64,000 nucleotides of DNA, taken from an uncultured Gemmatimonadales bacterium (GTDB lineage: Bacteria > Gemmatimonadota > Gemmatimonadetes > Gemmatimonadales > Gemmatimonadaceae). How positions within the stretch are numbered: the stretch's first letter is position 1; each line of letters starts with the position of its first letter. A program made the position numbers and the translations under genes. Below are positions 19,237 through 28,629 of the stretch, piece after piece. The stretch lies in assembly GCA_963707505.1 (NCBI GenBank), contig CAVPQB010000004.1, forward strand, positions 416,001 to 480,000. Reading direction: 5' to 3'. Below the pieces are notes generated by a model. It was not told where the DNA came from and ran no database searches. It saw only the letters and a list, made by a program, of their open reading frames with translations.

Positions 19237-19901
19237 ACGCCCAGCCTGTAACCCGCGCCGCGCAGTGTGTGGATGAGCTTCGGCTCGAAGCCGTCGTCGA
19301 TCTTGCGGCGGAGCCTCCGCACCAGCACTTCGAGCACGTTCGTGAACGGATCGTGATTGTCGTCCCACACGTGCGCCGTTATCGCGCTGCGCGTCACCAC
19401 GTTGCCGGCGTTTTGTACCAGAAACTCGAGCAGCGAGAATTCCTTTGCCGTCAGCGTGATCTTCACGCCGCCGCGCGTTACCTCGCGTGTCGGTATATCG
19501 ACGTGGAGATCGGCGACGTCGTAGTGTTCCGGAGCGATCGCCGGACGGCGTCGCGCGAGTGCCTTGATCCGCGCCGTGAGCTCCATGAACGCGAACGGTT
19601 TCGTGAGATAGTCGTCCGCACCGGACTCGAGCCCGTGCACGCGATCTTCGACAGCGTCACGGGCGGTGAGCATCAGGATCGGGGTTGCCATCCCTCGCTC
19701 GCGAATCGTGCGGCAGAGATCGAAACCGGTACCGCCCGGCAGTATCACGTCCAGCACGATGACGTCGAAGGTCCCCAACAGGGCGTGCTCGCGGCCCGTC
19801 GCAAAATCGTGCGCCGCGTTGACCTCTATGTGATGGTTGCGCAGACCGTCGGTGATGACGGCGGAAAGCTCTGGATCATCTTCTACGAGAAGGACACGCA
19901 T
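19233..19901 (-). CDS. OmpR family response regulator
   Basis: VLLVEDD, LDVILP, GADDYLTKPF, winged helix ending IHTLRGAGY. Confidence 0.95.
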   Translation of the reverse strand: MRVLLVEDDPELSAVITDGLRNHHIEVNAAHDFATGREHALLGTFDVIVLDVILPGGTGFDLCRTIRERGMATPILMLTARDAVEDRVHGLESGADDYLTKPFAFMELTARIKALARRRPAIAPEHYDVADLHVDIPTREVTRGGVKITLTAKEFSLLEFLVQNAGNVVTRSAITAHVWDDNHDPFTNVLEVLVRRLRRKIDDGFEPKLIHTLRGAGYRLGV

Positions 19902-20029
19902 GTGATCTCGGCTGCGGAAAGGCCCGCGGAATACCGTCGCGGACGACCGGACTTTCACCTATACTATACGGGCGCGTTCTCCAAAAATACCGGAATCGCG
20001 CCTGAACCACCCGTACTCACTGCCCGAAG

Positions 20030-21193
20030 ATGCCGACAATGCAAGATATCCGTCCATCACTGACGATGTTATCCGAGGACGAGCTGATGTTCCGCGACGC
20101 GGTGGCCGCATTTGCTGCCACCGAAATCGCGCCACGCGTCAGGGCCATGGAAAAGGCCGGAAAAATAGATCCCGCTCTCATCCCGCAATACTTCGACCTG
20201 GGCTTGATGGGAATCGAGGTCGATGAAAAGTACGGCGGATCAGGCGGTGCGCTAATGATGGTCACGCTGGCTGTCGAAGAGCTGTCAAAGGTCGATGCGT
20301 CTGCCGCAATCGTCTGCGACGTGCAGAACACTCTGGTCAACTACCCCGTCGCGCGCTACGGCACCGAAGCACAGAAGGCCAAATATCTCGGCATGCTCAC
20401 CAGCGGCACGCTCGGCTCGTATGCGCTTTCCGAAGCCGGCTCCGGCTCGGATGCGTTCGCACTCGCAACCCGCGCCGAGAAGCGCGGCGATTCATATGTG
20501 CTGAACGGCCGCAAGCTGTGGATCACCAACGGCGCGGAGGCGGGCCTGTATGTCGTCTTTGCCAATGTCGATCCGAGCGCGGGCTACAAGGGAATCACGG
20601 CATTCATCATCGAGCGCGGCTTCCCCGGATTCGGTGTGGGAAAGAAGGAGGACAAGCTCGGCATTCGCGCCTCGTCCACAGTCGAATTGCTGCTCGACAA
20701 CTGCGAGGTTCCGGCAGCCAACGTACTCGGCCCTGTGGGCCAGGGATACAAAATCGCAATCGAGACGCTCAACGAGGGCCGCATCGGGATTGGCGCACAG
20801 ATGATCGGGGTCGCGCAAGGCGCGCTCAACGCGGCGATTGCCTACATCAAGGAGCGCCAGCAGTTCGGCAAGCCTCTGGCCGAAATGCAGGCTATCCAGT
20901 TTCAGGTGGCGCAGGCGGCGACCGAAATCGAAGCGGCTCGGCTCATGGTATACAATGCGACGAGGCTCAAGGACGCCGGCCACGACATCGCACGAGAGGG
21001 CGCCATGGCGAAGCTGTACTCATCGCAGGTTTGCGGGCGCGTTACGTCGCTTTGCGTCGAGCTATTCGGCGGTTATGGCTACACGACCGACTATCCGGCC
21101 GAGAAGTTTTTCCGCGATGCCAAGATCGGCACCATCTACGAAGGCACCTCAAACATGCAGCTGCAGACGATCGCAAAGGCGGTGCTTCGCTAG
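20030..21193 (+). CDS. Acyl-CoA dehydrogenase (short/branched-chain type)
   Basis: YALSEAGSGSDA, NGRKLWITNG, RQQFGK, IYEGTSNMQ. Confidence 0.95.
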   Translation: MPTMQDIRPSLTMLSEDELMFRDAVAAFAATEIAPRVRAMEKAGKIDPALIPQYFDLGLMGIEVDEKYGGSGGALMMVTLAVEELSKVDASAAIVCDVQNTLVNYPVARYGTEAQKAKYLGMLTSGTLGSYALSEAGSGSDAFALATRAEKRGDSYVLNGRKLWITNGAEAGLYVVFANVDPSAGYKGITAFIIERGFPGFGVGKKEDKLGIRASSTVELLLDNCEVPAANVLGPVGQGYKIAIETLNEGRIGIGAQMIGVAQGALNAAIAYIKERQQFGKPLAEMQAIQFQVAQAATEIEAARLMVYNATRLKDAGHDIAREGAMAKLYSSQVCGRVTSLCVELFGGYGYTTDYPAEKFFRDAKIGTIYEGTSNMQLQTIAKAVLR

Positions 21194-21347
21194 CTCAGCT
21201 GCAGTCTGGCATCATCATCTATAAACATCTGGCTGTCTCATCTTTTGAGACTGCGGCCCTAGCTGCCGATCTTTCAAGGATGGACACGTCTCCGACCAAC
21301 ACGCTCCGATCGCTCCGTGCGGCCGGGGCGTGGTAAATTATCCGACC

Positions 21348-22415
21348 ATGTTTACATCAAAATCGATCGAATTTCTCAAGCAGCTTCTTGACACTCCGGG
21401 CCCGTCGGGCTTTGAAGGGGCGCCAGCGAAGATCTGGCGCGCTGAGGCTTCCAAGTTCGCGGAAGTGACGGCTGACGTCGCCGGCAATTCGATGGCCGTT
21501 GTGAACCCGTCCGGATCGCCGACGATCATGCTTGCCGGGCACATCGACGAGATCGGCGTCATCGTCACGTATGTCGATGACGATGGATACGCCTACATCG
21601 CTCCGATCGGCGGCTGGGATCCACAGGTTCTCGTGGGGCAGCGCATTCGATTCAGCGGGCGTCATGGCGACGTAGTCGGCGTCGTGGGGAAGATCCCGAT
21701 CCACATCATTCGACCCGAGGACCGCGAGAAAGGTGCACGGATGCGCGATCTGTGGGTGGACGTCGGAGCGCGTGACAAGAAAGAATGTCTGACCATGCTC
21801 TCGGTCGGCGATCCAGGCGTTATCGATGCGCAGGCAGTCGAGCTGCCAAATTCGCGGATTGCATCGCGGTCTATCGACAACAGGATTGGCGCTTTCACGG
21901 TTCTCGAGGCTCTCAGGCGCTACGCCGAGAAGCCCGGCAAGGCGAAGGTAGTTGCCGTCGCGACAGCCCAGGAAGAGATCGCCTACCGCGGCGGCGGGGC
22001 GCTCGTCGGCGCTGCGGCGCTCCGACCCCATATGGCGATCGTGGTCGACGTCACGTTCGCGATCGATCATCCCAATATTGAGAAGAAGGAACACGGCGAG
22101 GCAAAGCTCGATGGTGGCCCGGTGCTCACACGCGGCGCTGTGGTATCGCCCGTAGTGTTCGGACTGCTTCGCGACGTCGCCGAGAAAAAGAAGATTCCGT
22201 TCAGCGTACATGCCGCTGGTCGCGACACGGGAACCGATGCCGATGCGATCCACATCGCTCGCGAGGGCGTTGCAACCGGCCTTGTATCGATCCCGAATCG
22301 CTACATGCACTCGCCGAGCGAGATGATATCGCTCAACGACGTGAACAACGTCGCCGAGCTGATAGCAGAGACGTGCCGCGTAGTGACCTCGAAGACGGAT
22401 TTTACCGCGCGGTGA
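21348..22415 (+). CDS. M42 family aminopeptidase
   Basis: GPSGFE, AGHIDEIG, DNRIG, QEEI, DVTF, GTDAD, RYMHSP. Confidence 0.93.
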   Translation: MFTSKSIEFLKQLLDTPGPSGFEGAPAKIWRAEASKFAEVTADVAGNSMAVVNPSGSPTIMLAGHIDEIGVIVTYVDDDGYAYIAPIGGWDPQVLVGQRIRFSGRHGDVVGVVGKIPIHIIRPEDREKGARMRDLWVDVGARDKKECLTMLSVGDPGVIDAQAVELPNSRIASRSIDNRIGAFTVLEALRRYAEKPGKAKVVAVATAQEEIAYRGGGALVGAAALRPHMAIVVDVTFAIDHPNIEKKEHGEAKLDGGPVLTRGAVVSPVVFGLLRDVAEKKKIPFSVHAAGRDTGTDADAIHIAREGVATGLVSIPNRYMHSPSEMISLNDVNNVAELIAETCRVVTSKTDFTAR

Positions 22416-22463
22416 CCTGGGAAAGGGCGAAAGTTGCCGCGGAGTACTCGCCTCGATGAAACC

Positions 22464-22504
22464 AAAAAGCACCGCAACCCGATGACTGGATTGCGGTGCT
22501 TTTT
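22464..22504. terminator. Bidirectional intrinsic terminator
   Basis: AAAAAGCACCGCAA...TTGCGGTGCTTTTT between convergent genes. Confidence 0.85.
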
Positions 22505-22520
22505 ATTGGAACAGCCGCGA

Positions 22521-23186
22521 TTACACCCGCTTGACGCGACGTTTGACGAAGCCTGCGACGCCAACGAAGCCAGTGCCCAAGAGCGCGAGCGAGGATGGCT
22601 CCGGCGTAGTTGTGACACCGACGTCCACGTTCATTGCAACGCGGGACTGTTCAGTGTATCCGTAGGGGCCGGTCGGCGTGTACTGGACGAGCAGGAACGA
22701 GTATTCGCCGCCTGCATTAGGATCGAACGAGCCGTTCAGAAACGACATGCCCTCGTTCCAGGAGTCCTGGTAGGTCCCGAGGGGAATCTGCTGCATCGCC
22801 CACTGATCGGTGCCCGGTGCGGGATCCCGGTCCACAAACAGCTTGAACAGACTATTGGAAGTTCCGGCATCGGTATAGAAGTCGAAGTTCCAGCCTGCAT
22901 ATGCTGCGTTGCCGGCGCTGGGGCCGGCCGCGGCGAAAAACGTACCCGCCCCATCGTTGGTAACGGCCGGAGCGGAATAGCGTGGTGTCGCCGTAAGGCC
23001 CATCGTGGCGCCGTTCACTCCTCCTGTCATGACTGCGTTGTTCGGGATTCCAGTACCACCGAAAGTGGCTACGGGGAGGCTCCCGAAGGTGCCGGCAGGG
23101 GTGACGGCCTGGGCGTGACCGGTGCCAGCGCCGGCTAGCGTAACGGCGACCGCTGCTGCGACGAGCGAAGTAACCCGATTATTCAC
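22521..23186 (-). CDS. PEP-CTERM sorting domain protein
   Basis: GTG start after a GGAGA RBS, signal peptide, C-terminal TTPEPSSLALLGTGFVGVAGFVKRRVKRV. Confidence 0.92.
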   Translation of the reverse strand: MNNRVTSLVAAAVAVTLAGAGTGHAQAVTPAGTFGSLPVATFGGTGIPNNAVMTGGVNGATMGLTATPRYSAPAVTNDGAGTFFAAAGPSAGNAAYAGWNFDFYTDAGTSNSLFKLFVDRDPAPGTDQWAMQQIPLGTYQDSWNEGMSFLNGSFDPNAGGEYSFLLVQYTPTGPYGYTEQSRVAMNVDVGVTTTPEPSSLALLGTGFVGVAGFVKRRVKRV

Positions 23187-23335
23187 GAAGCTGTCTCCAA
23201 AAAAAAGTGCCCCAAACCAGGGCGGTCCGGGGGTGTCTCTCCCGTTGCGTGACTCCCGCAGATCCATTGGGAGCAGTGGCCAGTAACGGGCTACGAAGCA
23301 CCATAAGGATCAGGTCCTTCTTGCAATCATTTGTG

Positions 23336-23352
23336 TAGCATTGCGGATGCCG
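23336..23352 (-). promoter_or_regulatory. Putative sigma54 (-24/-12) promoter of the PEP-CTERM gene
   Basis: Minus strand CGGCATCCGCAATGCTA has exact GG-N10-GC spacing; PEP-CTERM genes are known sigma54 targets in other bacteria. Confidence 0.55.
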
Positions 23353-23532
23353 TTTTACTCAGAATTTTGTGACGAGTACAACGTGTTGGGCTGCAACGGC
23401 TTAGAGCGATCTGAGATATTTGCCAATGCGGGAGTTGTGGGTCATCGTACGTATTTGACTTACCGGCGCTACACACTGTGGTTTGTACGCAACAGACCAA
23501 GATGCCCGGGCGGGCGAGATTAAATTTGGATC

Positions 23533-24426
23533 GTGCCTCTCCCGATCCCCGCCCCGCGCGAAGCCGGCTTCACGCGCTCCACGTCGGTCCCGCTCTACTG
23601 GGCTCGATATGGCGAGCCCGGCAGACCGATTCTCATATTGCTTCACGGTGGACCTGGCGCCGATCACCGGTATCTCCTTCCGCAGATGCTGCATCTGGCC
23701 GAGAAGTACGATCTGCTGCTCTACGATCAACGTGGCGGTGGCCGATCGAGGGCGTCGGACAACAGCCCGATCGGTTGGCGAGACCATGTCGCGGACCTGG
23801 CGGCTATCTGCCATGAATGTGATATTGCGGCGCCGTCCATTCTTGGCTATTCCTGGGGAGGAATGCTCGCGCTGCTCTACGCTATCGCCCAGTATCACGA
23901 TGGGTCGCTCCCCAAGCCGGCTCGGCTCGTCCTCATGAGCCCTGCGCCGGTAACCAGTGAATATCGTGCGGAGTTCGACGCGAATCTTCGTGCGCGGGGG
24001 AACGCGCCGGCCATCGCAGACGAGCGTGCGATTCTCATGGCGTCAGATTTGCGCGAGAGAGATCCGGATGCATATCGCCAGCGGATATTCGAGCTCGGGG
24101 TCGCCGGTTATTTCTACAATCCGGCCAACGCTCGCAACCTCACGCCGTTCCGTGTGGTTGGCCGCGTGCAGCAGTCGACCTGGGAGAGTCTTGGCGATTT
24201 CGACCTTCGGCCGGAGATCGAGCGCTTGCGGATAACGGCGTGTATCGTTCATGGCCGTGACGATCCTATTCCCCCCGCGTCTTCAATCGACGTGGCACAC
24301 GCTCTCGAAACCGCACCTGTCTTTCTGGATCGATGTGGCCATGTTCCATATGTCGAGCGTCCCCAGGAACTCTGGGAAGCGATCGATCCGTTCCTCGCGT
24401 CAACCGACGCCGCAGCTTCCGGGTGA
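23533..24426 (+). CDS. Alpha/beta hydrolase (proline iminopeptidase-like)
   Basis: LHGGPG, YDQRGGGRS, GYSWGG nucleophile, HGRDD, CGHVP. Confidence 0.88.
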   Translation: MPLPIPAPREAGFTRSTSVPLYWARYGEPGRPILILLHGGPGADHRYLLPQMLHLAEKYDLLLYDQRGGGRSRASDNSPIGWRDHVADLAAICHECDIAAPSILGYSWGGMLALLYAIAQYHDGSLPKPARLVLMSPAPVTSEYRAEFDANLRARGNAPAIADERAILMASDLRERDPDAYRQRIFELGVAGYFYNPANARNLTPFRVVGRVQQSTWESLGDFDLRPEIERLRITACIVHGRDDPIPPASSIDVAHALETAPVFLDRCGHVPYVERPQELWEAIDPFLASTDAAASG

Positions 24427-24882
24427 ATGACTGATTTTCGCGCCGAGCACCATCTCGCCACCATCGACGCCGACGGAGCACTCTGCGACGTCATGGTTCG
24501 TTTCTCCTACGACGGCCTCGAGCATATTGGGCGTCTGTGGTTCAGCGGTCCAGCCGTCGGCGACAAGCCTTTGCCGGACCACGGCGGAATTCCGGGCCGC
24601 ACGATCGAAGAGGCGATCCAGCTCTCCGAGCGATTCACTACCGACGATCTGCTGCGCCGTTTTTATCGAGCCCGCGCCGAGAAGCGCAAATACCTGCAGC
24701 TGAGGCGTGCGACGGAGCAGATGCTCGACAAGGTGAAGTATATGAATCGCATCGCGCTTTCGATGAAGGGCGGGATGCTCGATCCAGATGGCGCCCGTCA
24801 GGAGCTGGACCTGATCGTTAAGCAGATGCACGAGCTTGTGGATACGATGCCCGCGATGGCCGGGGTCGAGGAAACGCACTAG
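24427..24882 (+). CDS. Hypothetical protein
   Basis: 151-aa ORF abutting the upstream stop, with protein-like composition and a helical C-terminus. Confidence 0.7.
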   Translation: MTDFRAEHHLATIDADGALCDVMVRFSYDGLEHIGRLWFSGPAVGDKPLPDHGGIPGRTIEEAIQLSERFTTDDLLRRFYRARAEKRKYLQLRRATEQMLDKVKYMNRIALSMKGGMLDPDGARQELDLIVKQMHELVDTMPAMAGVEETH

Positions 24883-24917
24883 CAGTTCGTCGTAGTCGAG
24901 AAAGCGGTCCCGATACT

Positions 24918-25031
24918 CGTCATCCTCGCGAAAGCGGGGATCCATCTGCTGCCGACCCGCTGTTGGGGCGACGCATGCGTCGCCCCTGCTACAGATCGAT
25001 CACATGGATTCCCGCTTTCGCGGGAATGACG
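24918..25031. repeat. Composite REP-like palindromic element
   Basis: CGTCATCCTCGCGAAAGCGGGGATCCAT and its inverted copy ATGGATTCCCGCTTTCGCGGGAATGACG enclose the palindrome GGGGCGACGCATGCGTCGCCCC. Confidence 0.8.
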
Positions 25032-25068
25032 ACTTACTGAGCGCCAGGCGCCCTTAGTTTCACTGACG

Positions 25069-25710
25069 ATGCCGCTACAACCCGCTTCCGCACGCGCGCC
25101 GCTCATCTTCAAGCGGCTCAGGCGAGCATATCCCGACGCGCATTGCGAGCTTGACCACGTCAATGCGTATCAGCTTCTTGTCGCGACGATCCTGAGCGCC
25201 CAATGCACCGATAAACGGGTGAATATGGTGACGCCGGCGCTATTTGCCCGGTATCCGGACGCGGAGGCTCTGGCGATGGCGGATCCTCGTGAGGTGGAGG
25301 AGCTGGTCAAGCCGACCGGATTCTTTCGCAACAAGACGAAGAGCCTGCTCGGAATGGCTGGCGGGTTGCTCGATCAGTTCGGGGGCGCCGTTCCTGACCG
25401 GATGGAAGATCTGGTCACGCTGCCAGGCGTGGGTCGGAAGACGGCGAATGTGATCCTCGGCACCGCCTTCGACAAGCCGGCTGGTGTCGTCGTCGACACG
25501 CATGTGGGGCGGCTCGGCCGACGGCTTGGCCTCACTCGCCTGTCGGATCCCGTGAAGGTCGAGCGGGTGCTGATGAAGCTATTCCCGCAAAAAGATTGGA
25601 CTCTGCTGTCTCATCTGCTGATATTTCACGGACGCCGCGTCTGTCTGGCCCGACGCCCGAGGTGCGCAGAGTGCGTGCTGAATGACCTATGTCCATCGAG
25701 TGAAGTGTGA
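25069..25710 (+). CDS. nth: Endonuclease III
   Basis: LSAQCTD, HhH motif [16 protein letters not shown], 4Fe-4S motif C-x6-C-x2-C-x5-C. Confidence 0.96.
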   Translation: MPLQPASARAPLIFKRLRRAYPDAHCELDHVNAYQLLVATILSAQCTDKRVNMVTPALFARYPDAEALAMADPREVEELVKPTGFFRNKTKSLLGMAGGLLDQFGGAVPDRMEDLVTLPGVGRKTANVILGTAFDKPAGVVVDTHVGRLGRRLGLTRLSDPVKVERVLMKLFPQKDWTLLSHLLIFHGRRVCLARRPRCAECVLNDLCPSSEV

Positions 25711-26186
25711 AGCAAGCAACATTTGAGACAAACAAGGGAACGATGGTCGCCGAGTTGTATTCCGGTGACGCGCCCAGGACGGTCGAGAACTTCGAGAAGC
25801 TCGCGAATGAAGGCTTTTACGACGGGGTGAAATTTCACCGCGTGATTCCCGAGTTCGTGGTGCAGGGGGGAGACCCGCTGTCGCGCGATCTTCCTGCCGG
25901 CAATCCGCGGATCGGCACCGGCGGGCCCGGCTACACTATCAAGTGCGAGACCAAGGGCAATCCGCGCACGCACGAGTTCGGCGCGCTGTCCATGGCGCAT
26001 GCGGGGAAGGATACCGGGGGCAGCCAGTTCTTCATCGTCCTGGACGAGAAGAACACCAAGCACCTCAACGGCGTGCACACGGTGTTCGGCAAGGTGACGC
26101 AAGGCGAGGACGTCGTGCGCCAGATCAAGCAGAATGACGTGATGAACAAGGTGCGCGTTACCGACACAGCCACAGCCACGGAGTAG
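25707..26186 (+). CDS. Cyclophilin-type peptidyl-prolyl isomerase
   Basis: [38 protein letters not shown]. Confidence 0.95.
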   Translation: MKQATFETNKGTMVAELYSGDAPRTVENFEKLANEGFYDGVKFHRVIPEFVVQGGDPLSRDLPAGNPRIGTGGPGYTIKCETKGNPRTHEFGALSMAHAGKDTGGSQFFIVLDEKNTKHLNGVHTVFGKVTQGEDVVRQIKQNDVMNKVRVTDTATATE

Positions 26187-26191
26187 AGACG

Positions 26192-26344
26192 ATGGAAACG
26201 AAGCAGCATGGTACGGACTTCCCCGCGGCGCTCACTGGGCTGATCGTCGGCGGATGCTTTGTGTTCGCTATTCTCTTCGGCATCGTTGTTCTCACGAACA
26301 ATCACTACGCGAGCGAGAAGCCCGCAGCCGCGGCGACAAAGTAG
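26192..26344 (+). CDS. Small single-TM membrane protein (50 aa, absent from the ORF track)
   Basis: METKQHGTDFPAALTGLIVGGCFVFAILFGIVVLTNNHYASEKPAAAATK; starts 5 nt after the ppi stop with GGAG upstream. Confidence 0.7.
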   Translation: METKQHGTDFPAALTGLIVGGCFVFAILFGIVVLTNNHYASEKPAAAATK

Positions 26345-26431
26345 CCATCGCATTGCCCGCACGGGATCGGGACATCAATCCCGTGCGGACCTGCGCCGCA
26401 GCGCGATCGTGCGCTGCTAATGTTGCACGCG

Positions 26432-27145
26432 ATGGCTGAGCTGTCTCTCCAGGCGACGGACCTCGTCCGCAACTTCGGCACACGTCGCGCCGTAAACGGA
26501 GTCTCGCTCACGCTCGTGCCGGGCGATTGTCTCGCGCTGTTCGGTCCTAACGGCGCCGGAAAGACGACGCTTCTACGGATGCTTGGTGGTTTGTTGCGTC
26601 CGACTTCCGGGAGCGCCGCGATCGAGGGTACCCCGCTACCCGGCGGTGCTGATGTGCGCGCACGTGTCGGTCTGGTGTCGCACCAGACGATGCTGTACGA
26701 TGTACTGACGGCACGCGAGAACGTGGAGTTTTCGGCACGCATGTACGGCGTCCAGGACGTGCGCGGGGCAGCCGACGAAGTGCTGGCGCGACTCGGCGCC
26801 GCGTCGTTCGCCGATGTTCGCGTGCGATCGTTGAGTCGTGGTATGCAGCAACGAGTCTCGGTCGCGCGCGCGATTGTGCACGCTCCGTCGATCCTTCTGG
26901 CGGACGAGCCATTCACCGGCCTTGATGCGGCCGGCGCCTCGGCGCTCAGCGGCATGTTGGCCGGGTTACGCGATTCCGGCGCGACGATAATCATCGTTAC
27001 TCACAACCTCGAAGAAGCGCTGGCAATCTGCACGGCGGCAGCGATAATGCGCGAGGGTAGATTCGTGCGTCTGGACCATGCGCCGATTCCCGCACGCGAG
27101 GAATACACTGCGCTCTACCGTGAGCTATCGGTCGATGCCGCCTAG
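26432..27145 (+). CDS. ccmA: Heme ABC exporter ATP-binding subunit
   Basis: GPNGAGKTT, LSRGMQQR, DEPFTGLD; precedes ccmB and ccmC. Confidence 0.88.
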   Translation: MAELSLQATDLVRNFGTRRAVNGVSLTLVPGDCLALFGPNGAGKTTLLRMLGGLLRPTSGSAAIEGTPLPGGADVRARVGLVSHQTMLYDVLTARENVEFSARMYGVQDVRGAADEVLARLGAASFADVRVRSLSRGMQQRVSVARAIVHAPSILLADEPFTGLDAAGASALSGMLAGLRDSGATIIIVTHNLEEALAICTAAAIMREGRFVRLDHAPIPAREEYTALYRELSVDAA

Positions 27146-27854
27146 CACACACGTGACGCCGGTCCTTCGCCGCGCGCCTGGATTTATTGGATCGACGCTG
27201 GCCATCGCGCGCAAGGACACGTTGATCGAGCTGCGCTCGCGCAGCGTGATTCTCTCCGCGCTGGCGTTCGCGGTTCTGGCGATCACGATATTCTTTTTCG
27301 CATGGGATCCTACGGCGGTCGCATCGATCGATCTTGCGCCGGGCGTGCTCTGGGTGATCTTCACCTTTTCCGGACTGCTGGGCCTGCACCGCTCATTCGG
27401 CGTAGAGCAGCCGACCCGGGCGATGGACGCCTTGTTGGCGGCGCCGGTGGATCGTGAAGCGATCTACCTGGGCAAGCTGGTCGCGAATCTCGCGTTTGTC
27501 ATTCTGGTGCAGGCCATATCGCTGCCCGCCGTTGCACTACTATATAATGTGCCGATAGGTGGGTACATCTGGCCGTTGATCGGAGTCGTTCTGCTGGCAT
27601 CAGTGGGCCTGGTCGCGGTGGGGACGCTGTTTTCCTCGATGGCGGTCAGTACCCGGCTCGCCGAGCTGCTCCTGCCACTGTTGGCACTTCCGTTTTTCGT
27701 TCCTGTGATTCTTCCCGCCGCGCAGGCTACCGCGCGGCTCATGAACGGGCGTGCGGTGTCGGAAGTGTCCGGTTACATATCGATCCTGGGTGCATTCGAC
27801 GTCGTGTTTCTGGTTGTCTGTACACTGCTATATCCATATACGTTGGAACAATGA
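27135..27854 (+). CDS. ccmB: Heme exporter protein B
   Basis: ARKDTLIELRS, PGVLWV, GKL, LLPLLALP; about 6 TM helices. Confidence 0.88.
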   Translation: MPPSTHVTPVLRRAPGFIGSTLAIARKDTLIELRSRSVILSALAFAVLAITIFFFAWDPTAVASIDLAPGVLWVIFTFSGLLGLHRSFGVEQPTRAMDALLAAPVDREAIYLGKLVANLAFVILVQAISLPAVALLYNVPIGGYIWPLIGVVLLASVGLVAVGTLFSSMAVSTRLAELLLPLLALPFFVPVILPAAQATARLMNGRAVSEVSGYISILGAFDVVFLVVCTLLYPYTLEQ

Positions 27855-28513
27855 AGTTCTCAAAACTTGGAGTTGTGGCGGTTCTCGCGGTGATCGGCGT
27901 GTATATAAGGGCGATCTACTTCACGCCGTTCGACGCTTTGCAGGGTCCGGCGCAGAAGATCCTTTACGTTCACGCGCCGTCGGCGTGGGTTGGACTGTAC
28001 CTGGCGTTCGGGCTCGTATTCATTACGAGCGTGCTGTACCTCTGGCTCAAGGATCCGAAGCTGGATCGCGTAGCGTCGAGCTCTGCTGAGGTAGGATTCG
28101 TCTTCACGTCGGTCGTGCTCACGACCGGTCCGCTCTGGGCGAAACCGATATGGGGCGCGTACTGGACGTGGGACGCGCGCCTGACGCTGACGCTGTTTCT
28201 CTGGTTCATCTACGCGGGCTACATAATCCTGCGCGGCGCGATCGATGACTTCGAGATGCGCGCGCGATTTTCTGCTGTACTGGGAATTCTCGGCGCGTTG
28301 CTTGTTCCGTTCATACATCTGAGCGTGTACTTCTTCCGCACCATGCACCCAATGCCGGTGCTGCTCAAGCCGAGCGCACCGTCGATGCCGTCGGAGATGG
28401 TAATCACGCTCGTGTCGGCGTTCTGCGCGCTGACGCTGTTGTATGCGTGGCTGCTGCATGAACGCTACTTGCTCGCAACCGAGCGTGACGCTGCACTGGA
28501 GGGACGGTCCTGA
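27851..28513 (+). CDS. ccmC: Heme exporter protein C
   Basis: YVHAP, WWD domain WAKPIWGAYWTWDAR, IHLSV. Confidence 0.92.
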   Translation: MKFSKLGVVAVLAVIGVYIRAIYFTPFDALQGPAQKILYVHAPSAWVGLYLAFGLVFITSVLYLWLKDPKLDRVASSSAEVGFVFTSVVLTTGPLWAKPIWGAYWTWDARLTLTLFLWFIYAGYIILRGAIDDFEMRARFSAVLGILGALLVPFIHLSVYFFRTMHPMPVLLKPSAPSMPSEMVITLVSAFCALTLLYAWLLHERYLLATERDAALEGRS

Positions 28514-28629
28514 TGCCGCCACAGGATGCATTCTGGTACCATCTCGCGTACACCGTGGCAGGTATAGTGTACACGTGCTACGCGGTAAGCTTGCAGTGGA
28601 GGAGGCGTAAGTGGCGGCGCAAGGAATAG
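28513..28629 (+). CDS. ccmD: CcmD-like small protein (38 aa, absent from the ORF track)
   Basis: MPPQDAFWYHLAYTVAGIVYTCYAVSLQWRRRKWRRKE; TGATG overlap with ccmC; hydrophobic segment followed by a basic tail. Confidence 0.65.
   Translation: MPPQDAFWYHLAYTVAGIVYTCYAVSLQWRRRKWRRKE

Noticed and set aside
23187..23326. Calling the PEP-CTERM leader a c-di-GMP-I/II or ZTP riboswitch
   Set aside because: Only fragmentary similarity (TGGCCACT, GAGTCA, GCAAC). The required tetraloop/receptor, kink-turn and pseudoknot pairings are not present.
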